Source: Cyanobacteria bacterium P01_F01_bin.150 (lineage in GTDB: Bacteria > Cyanobacteriota > Cyanobacteriia > CAKZMO01). Taken from it: a stretch of DNA of 64,000 bases. The stretch spans positions 1-64,000 of the forward strand of contig JBCCYL010000012.1 in the NCBI GenBank assembly GCA_039189765.1, in the 5' to 3' direction. The notes beneath the pieces are model-generated. The model did no database searches and was not told the DNA's origin. It saw only the letters and a program-made list of their open reading frames with translations. Of the stretch, positions 61,181 to 64,000 are shown piece by piece; position 1 is the first letter of the stretch, and each line of letters begins with the position of its first letter. The position numbers and the translations under genes were made by a program.

Positions 61181-63497
61181 CTGTTACGACATCTCCATTT
61201 TCAGTGATTACGCTGCCATTTTCAGTTACTGCATTTGCCGGAACGCTATTGGACCCAACACCCCATTCAAAGCCCCTAATTACAGAGCTAGTGAAAGACC
61301 TAAACTCATACACGCTCCAGTCACTTGGGGCCTCGGGGACGCTGTCGCCTACCCACGCTATCGAGTTATCCCAGCCTGCCACAGTAAAGCTACTGGGGTT
61401 GATGATTTCCAGGTTGAAGTTAAGCCCTGCTGATATACCCACCAGGTTGATAGCGGTGACATTCTCCGTAAGGGTTAGGGTGTAGAGATTACTCTCAGTT
61501 AAGTCTATGCTCACCACTCCCGCACTACTAGTTAATGCTACAGGCTCAAACTTCTGCCCCTCAGTGAAGATCTGTGACTGATTGAGATAGGCAATATTGG
61601 TGCCAGCGGATTCAGGGATGACCCTAAGATTACCGCTTGCTGTGCTGTGGTCTACGCTTGTGATCTGTGCGCCATCATAGACAGGGGCGATCGCTATCTC
61701 GTAGCTTTCAGCAACCAAACTGCTACTTCCGGCGATGGCGGTACTCGTGAATGAACCATGATCAAAAAGGCTAAACGAGGCATCAGAGCTAGAGTCAGGC
61801 AAAGTGCCAACAGTAGAGCCAATGCTGTTGATAGTGATTGTTTGCGGCGAGGTGCCGACAGCGGCGGTGAGCACTTCATAGACAATCCCTCCAAATCTGG
61901 CAAACACAACATAAGACGCTGCATTGAAGGGTGCAGCCTTGCTCCGTACCTGCTCATCAGGGTAATCAGCTCTGACTGTTGTGGGGTGGTCGATGGTGAC
62001 CTGTATTTGTTGCCCATTCCCAGAAATAGTAATCGGATTTGACCAATCAGAAGCGGTGTATCGCCCTGACGCTGGCCCTAACCCGGTGCCAATCACTGCC
62101 CGTTGCACTTCGCCAGATTCTACTGATCCGGTGCGAACGTTGACCTGGTTAAGTGCTGTGTTTACAGCCACCAATTGATTGTCGGTGGAACTAGAAATGT
62201 TGTTTATATCCTGGGCTACGCTGCTAAATGCTAGATGACCCTGAAATGTGGTCTCATCTAACGATTGAATCGCACCGGAGCTGATAGTGGCTTTTGCCGT
62301 GCCTACCGAGGGCAATACGATTCGCTTTTCGCCGACTGACGCAACACCCTCGCCCGATAATGCAGCAGTGGGCGATCGCTCTCCCAGTGGCGATTGAGCT
62401 TTAGCAAAGTATGTGAGTAAAGAGCCTTCAGTGAAGGTGCTGCTTAGCACAGATGCATCGACATTGAGCTGCACCCGATACAGAAATGCATTTCCGCTGT
62501 CAAGCTGTTCAGGAGTTGTGATGCCACCAAGGCCATCGAGCAATGGGCCAAGTGTTACGGGGTTCCCCACGCCTGCTCCGCTTGTATCGAGAGTGCCAGC
62601 GGACAGGTCAGTCTTGCCCAGGTAAGTAGCCGAAACTTTGCCTGATAACGCCGTGCTTACATCTGCTCCATTCTGACGAAATATAAAGGCGATCGATGAG
62701 TTAACGGGCAATGATGACTGACCCGAAGGGACGACTACCGCCAGTATTGGCGCTTGATTGACTGGCTGGATAACGCCATTAAACAGATAGGGCGCATTTT
62801 GTAGCACTACGTTAGACTCAATGCCCAGCGCTAACTGATTGATCGGCTTAGCGTAACCCTGCTGCCGAGTAGCTGTGGCACCTTGCGCAGTATCCGCCAC
62901 ATACGCAGAAAATCCAGTAAGGTGACTGACCCAAAAGCCTCCTCCGCTGGCAAAGTTTCCTGATGCGGCCAATGGATCGTATCTCCAGTACTCACCCACG
63001 TTTTGGACATAACGGATCATGCCGAATATTGGCGCAGTGGGGAGAGCCGCACTATCGGTTACCGACTGAGAGAGGGCAATATCATCATCAGTGGATAGCT
63101 CGATCACGAGGGGCAGTGATAGATTTGCTCCTGTGCCAGGGTATGAGACGGCCCCGACTGTCGCAGCATCCTTGAACCTCACGCTTGCAAGAATTACCGC
63201 AGTCGTCGGATCGTTGGTTAATGATGCTGCAATCTGTCCTTCCCAAGTGTCTTCACCAGCTAAGCGAGAACCCACGTCATAAGAAACTTGGATTTTATCG
63301 CCAGCGTTGTAATTAACTAAAATACCTGCTTCAGCAGGAGTACTGCCACCATCTCCTAATTTGTTGTAGCCAATTTTGTTACGGGATTGGCCAAATAGAT
63401 AAAGGCTCCCAGCACTAGTAAACGATCCTCCTGAAACGACGGTGACCGTTATATTAGGCGTTAGTTCTCTAATAGGTCCACTCTGAGCCTGGGCCAT
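61173..63497 (-). CDS. Large tail or tail-fibre structural protein
   Basis: S/T/G/A-rich 774 aa; C-terminal SIDL...YTLTLTENVT fibre-type domain. Confidence 0.6.
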   Translation of the reverse strand: MAQAQSGPIRELTPNITVTVVSGGSFTSAGSLYLFGQSRNKIGYNKLGDGGSTPAEAGILVNYNAGDKIQVSYDVGSRLAGEDTWEGQIAASLTNDPTTAVILASVRFKDAATVGAVSYPGTGANLSLPLVIELSTDDDIALSQSVTDSAALPTAPIFGMIRYVQNVGEYWRYDPLAASGNFASGGGFWVSHLTGFSAYVADTAQGATATRQQGYAKPINQLALGIESNVVLQNAPYLFNGVIQPVNQAPILAVVVPSGQSSLPVNSSIAFIFRQNGADVSTALSGKVSATYLGKTDLSAGTLDTSGAGVGNPVTLGPLLDGLGGITTPEQLDSGNAFLYRVQLNVDASVLSSTFTEGSLLTYFAKAQSPLGERSPTAALSGEGVASVGEKRIVLPSVGTAKATISSGAIQSLDETTFQGHLAFSSVAQDINNISSSTDNQLVAVNTALNQVNVRTGSVESGEVQRAVIGTGLGPASGRYTASDWSNPITISGNGQQIQVTIDHPTTVRADYPDEQVRSKAAPFNAASYVVFARFGGIVYEVLTAAVGTSPQTITINSIGSTVGTLPDSSSDASFSLFDHGSFTSTAIAGSSSLVAESYEIAIAPVYDGAQITSVDHSTASGNLRVIPESAGTNIAYLNQSQIFTEGQKFEPVALTSSAGVVSIDLTESNLYTLTLTENVTAINLVGISAGLNFNLEIINPSSFTVAGWDNSIAWVGDSVPEAPSDWSVYEFRSFTSSVIRGFEWGVGSNSVPANAVTENGSVITENGDVVTDG

Positions 63498-63554
63498 GTA
63501 GGGTTGCGGTGTGGGTCAGTGGTAACCGTTCCCTAACTTTTTTTGATCAAAGAG

Positions 63555-63630
63555 TTGACACCACCCGTCACTTTACCCTACACTTAAATCAAGTCAGCGG
63601 GGTTTAATTTCCACATCTCACCCCGCTGAG
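63555..63630 (+). promoter_or_regulatory. Rightward promoter and leader hairpin
   Basis: TTGACA(63555)-N18-TACACT; TCAGCGGGGT...ACCCCGCTGA stem; AAGGAG ribosome-binding site. Confidence 0.6.
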
Positions 63631-63660
63631 TGCCATAAGACACTAAAGGAGCTTAGCATA

Positions 63661-64000
63661 ATGTCTCTTCAAGCTATCGCCAACCGTCCGCAATCTCGTC
63701 AAGTTTTACGCTATCAAGCTGATAATGCAGATGCGTTACAGGAGGTGCGGGATTTCTTGGAGGGAGGATTGGTCTACAATCCTCTTCATTTGAGTAGTGA
63801 TGAAGTATGCCAGATCCCTACATTGTCTGAAGAGGGACTAAAAAGCTTACTTGAAAGAAAAGCCACGTCATCCCGTTGGATTGGTTGGAAACTGTGGCGT
63901 CAGTCTAATGGGTGGGGCGAGTCAGAGTATCGATCCTTTGAGCAGTTGCTGGGGGACTGGAAAACTCGCTCTAACATCCTGCGTTGGATGCGGCAAAACG
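63661..64000 (+). CDS. Unknown gene, truncated by the window edge
   Basis: ATG 63661 MSLQAIANRPQSRQ... open to the end of the window. Confidence 0.6.
   Translation, partial: MSLQAIANRPQSRQVLRYQADNADALQEVRDFLEGGLVYNPLHLSSDEVCQIPTLSEEGLKSLLERKATSSRWIGWKLWRQSNGWGESEYRSFEQLLGDWKTRSNILRWMRQN

Noticed and set aside
248..63282. Many short antisense or overlapping ORFs in the track (for example 620-1063, 5516-5911, 27895-28308, 43545-44195)
   Set aside because: They shadow well-supported genes or structured RNA and have no motifs; only 10982-11515 has independent motif support
57781..63497. Invertible tail-fibre switch or diversity-generating retroelement
   Set aside because: The genes converge, but no flanking inverted repeats, invertase, reverse transcriptase or TR/VR pair was seen

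Overview
The whole window looks like part of a large, mosaic temperate phage or prophage of a cyanobacterium. The host call rests on about 40 copies (counted by eye) of the HIP1 octamer GCGATCGC plus cyanobacterial-type XisF, ThyX, NrdJ and SSB genes. From left to right: an XisF-like large serine integrase; a leftward replication and nucleotide-metabolism operon (class II ribonucleotide reductase with three inteins, ThyX, RusA, a C5 DNA methyltransferase with a nested out-of-frame second subunit, a primase-DnaB fusion, lambda O/P-like genes with internal iterons, Bet, SSB, an N6 methyltransferase); a first repressor switch at about 20.7 kb; an early accessory operon (ferredoxin, kinase, ART-like protein, 3'-phosphatase, Csx20-like protein) behind a boxA-containing, structured leader of about 400 nt; a second HTH switch with antirepressor and Rha genes; a TnpB/C2c8-like nuclease whose 3' end runs into a CRISPR-leader-like sequence and one 37-bp CRISPR repeat; macrodomain and exonuclease genes; a Rep/RHH plus FtsK-like plus M23-muramidase membrane module; a lysis region interrupted by a GGDEF-EAL gene; two apparently autoregulated cassettes sharing an 'RFVSKK' N-terminal domain; and tail-like genes. 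The best candidate for a new system is the phage-borne TnpB-leader-single-repeat mini CRISPR unit. All family assignments come from motif recognition by eye; no database search was run.
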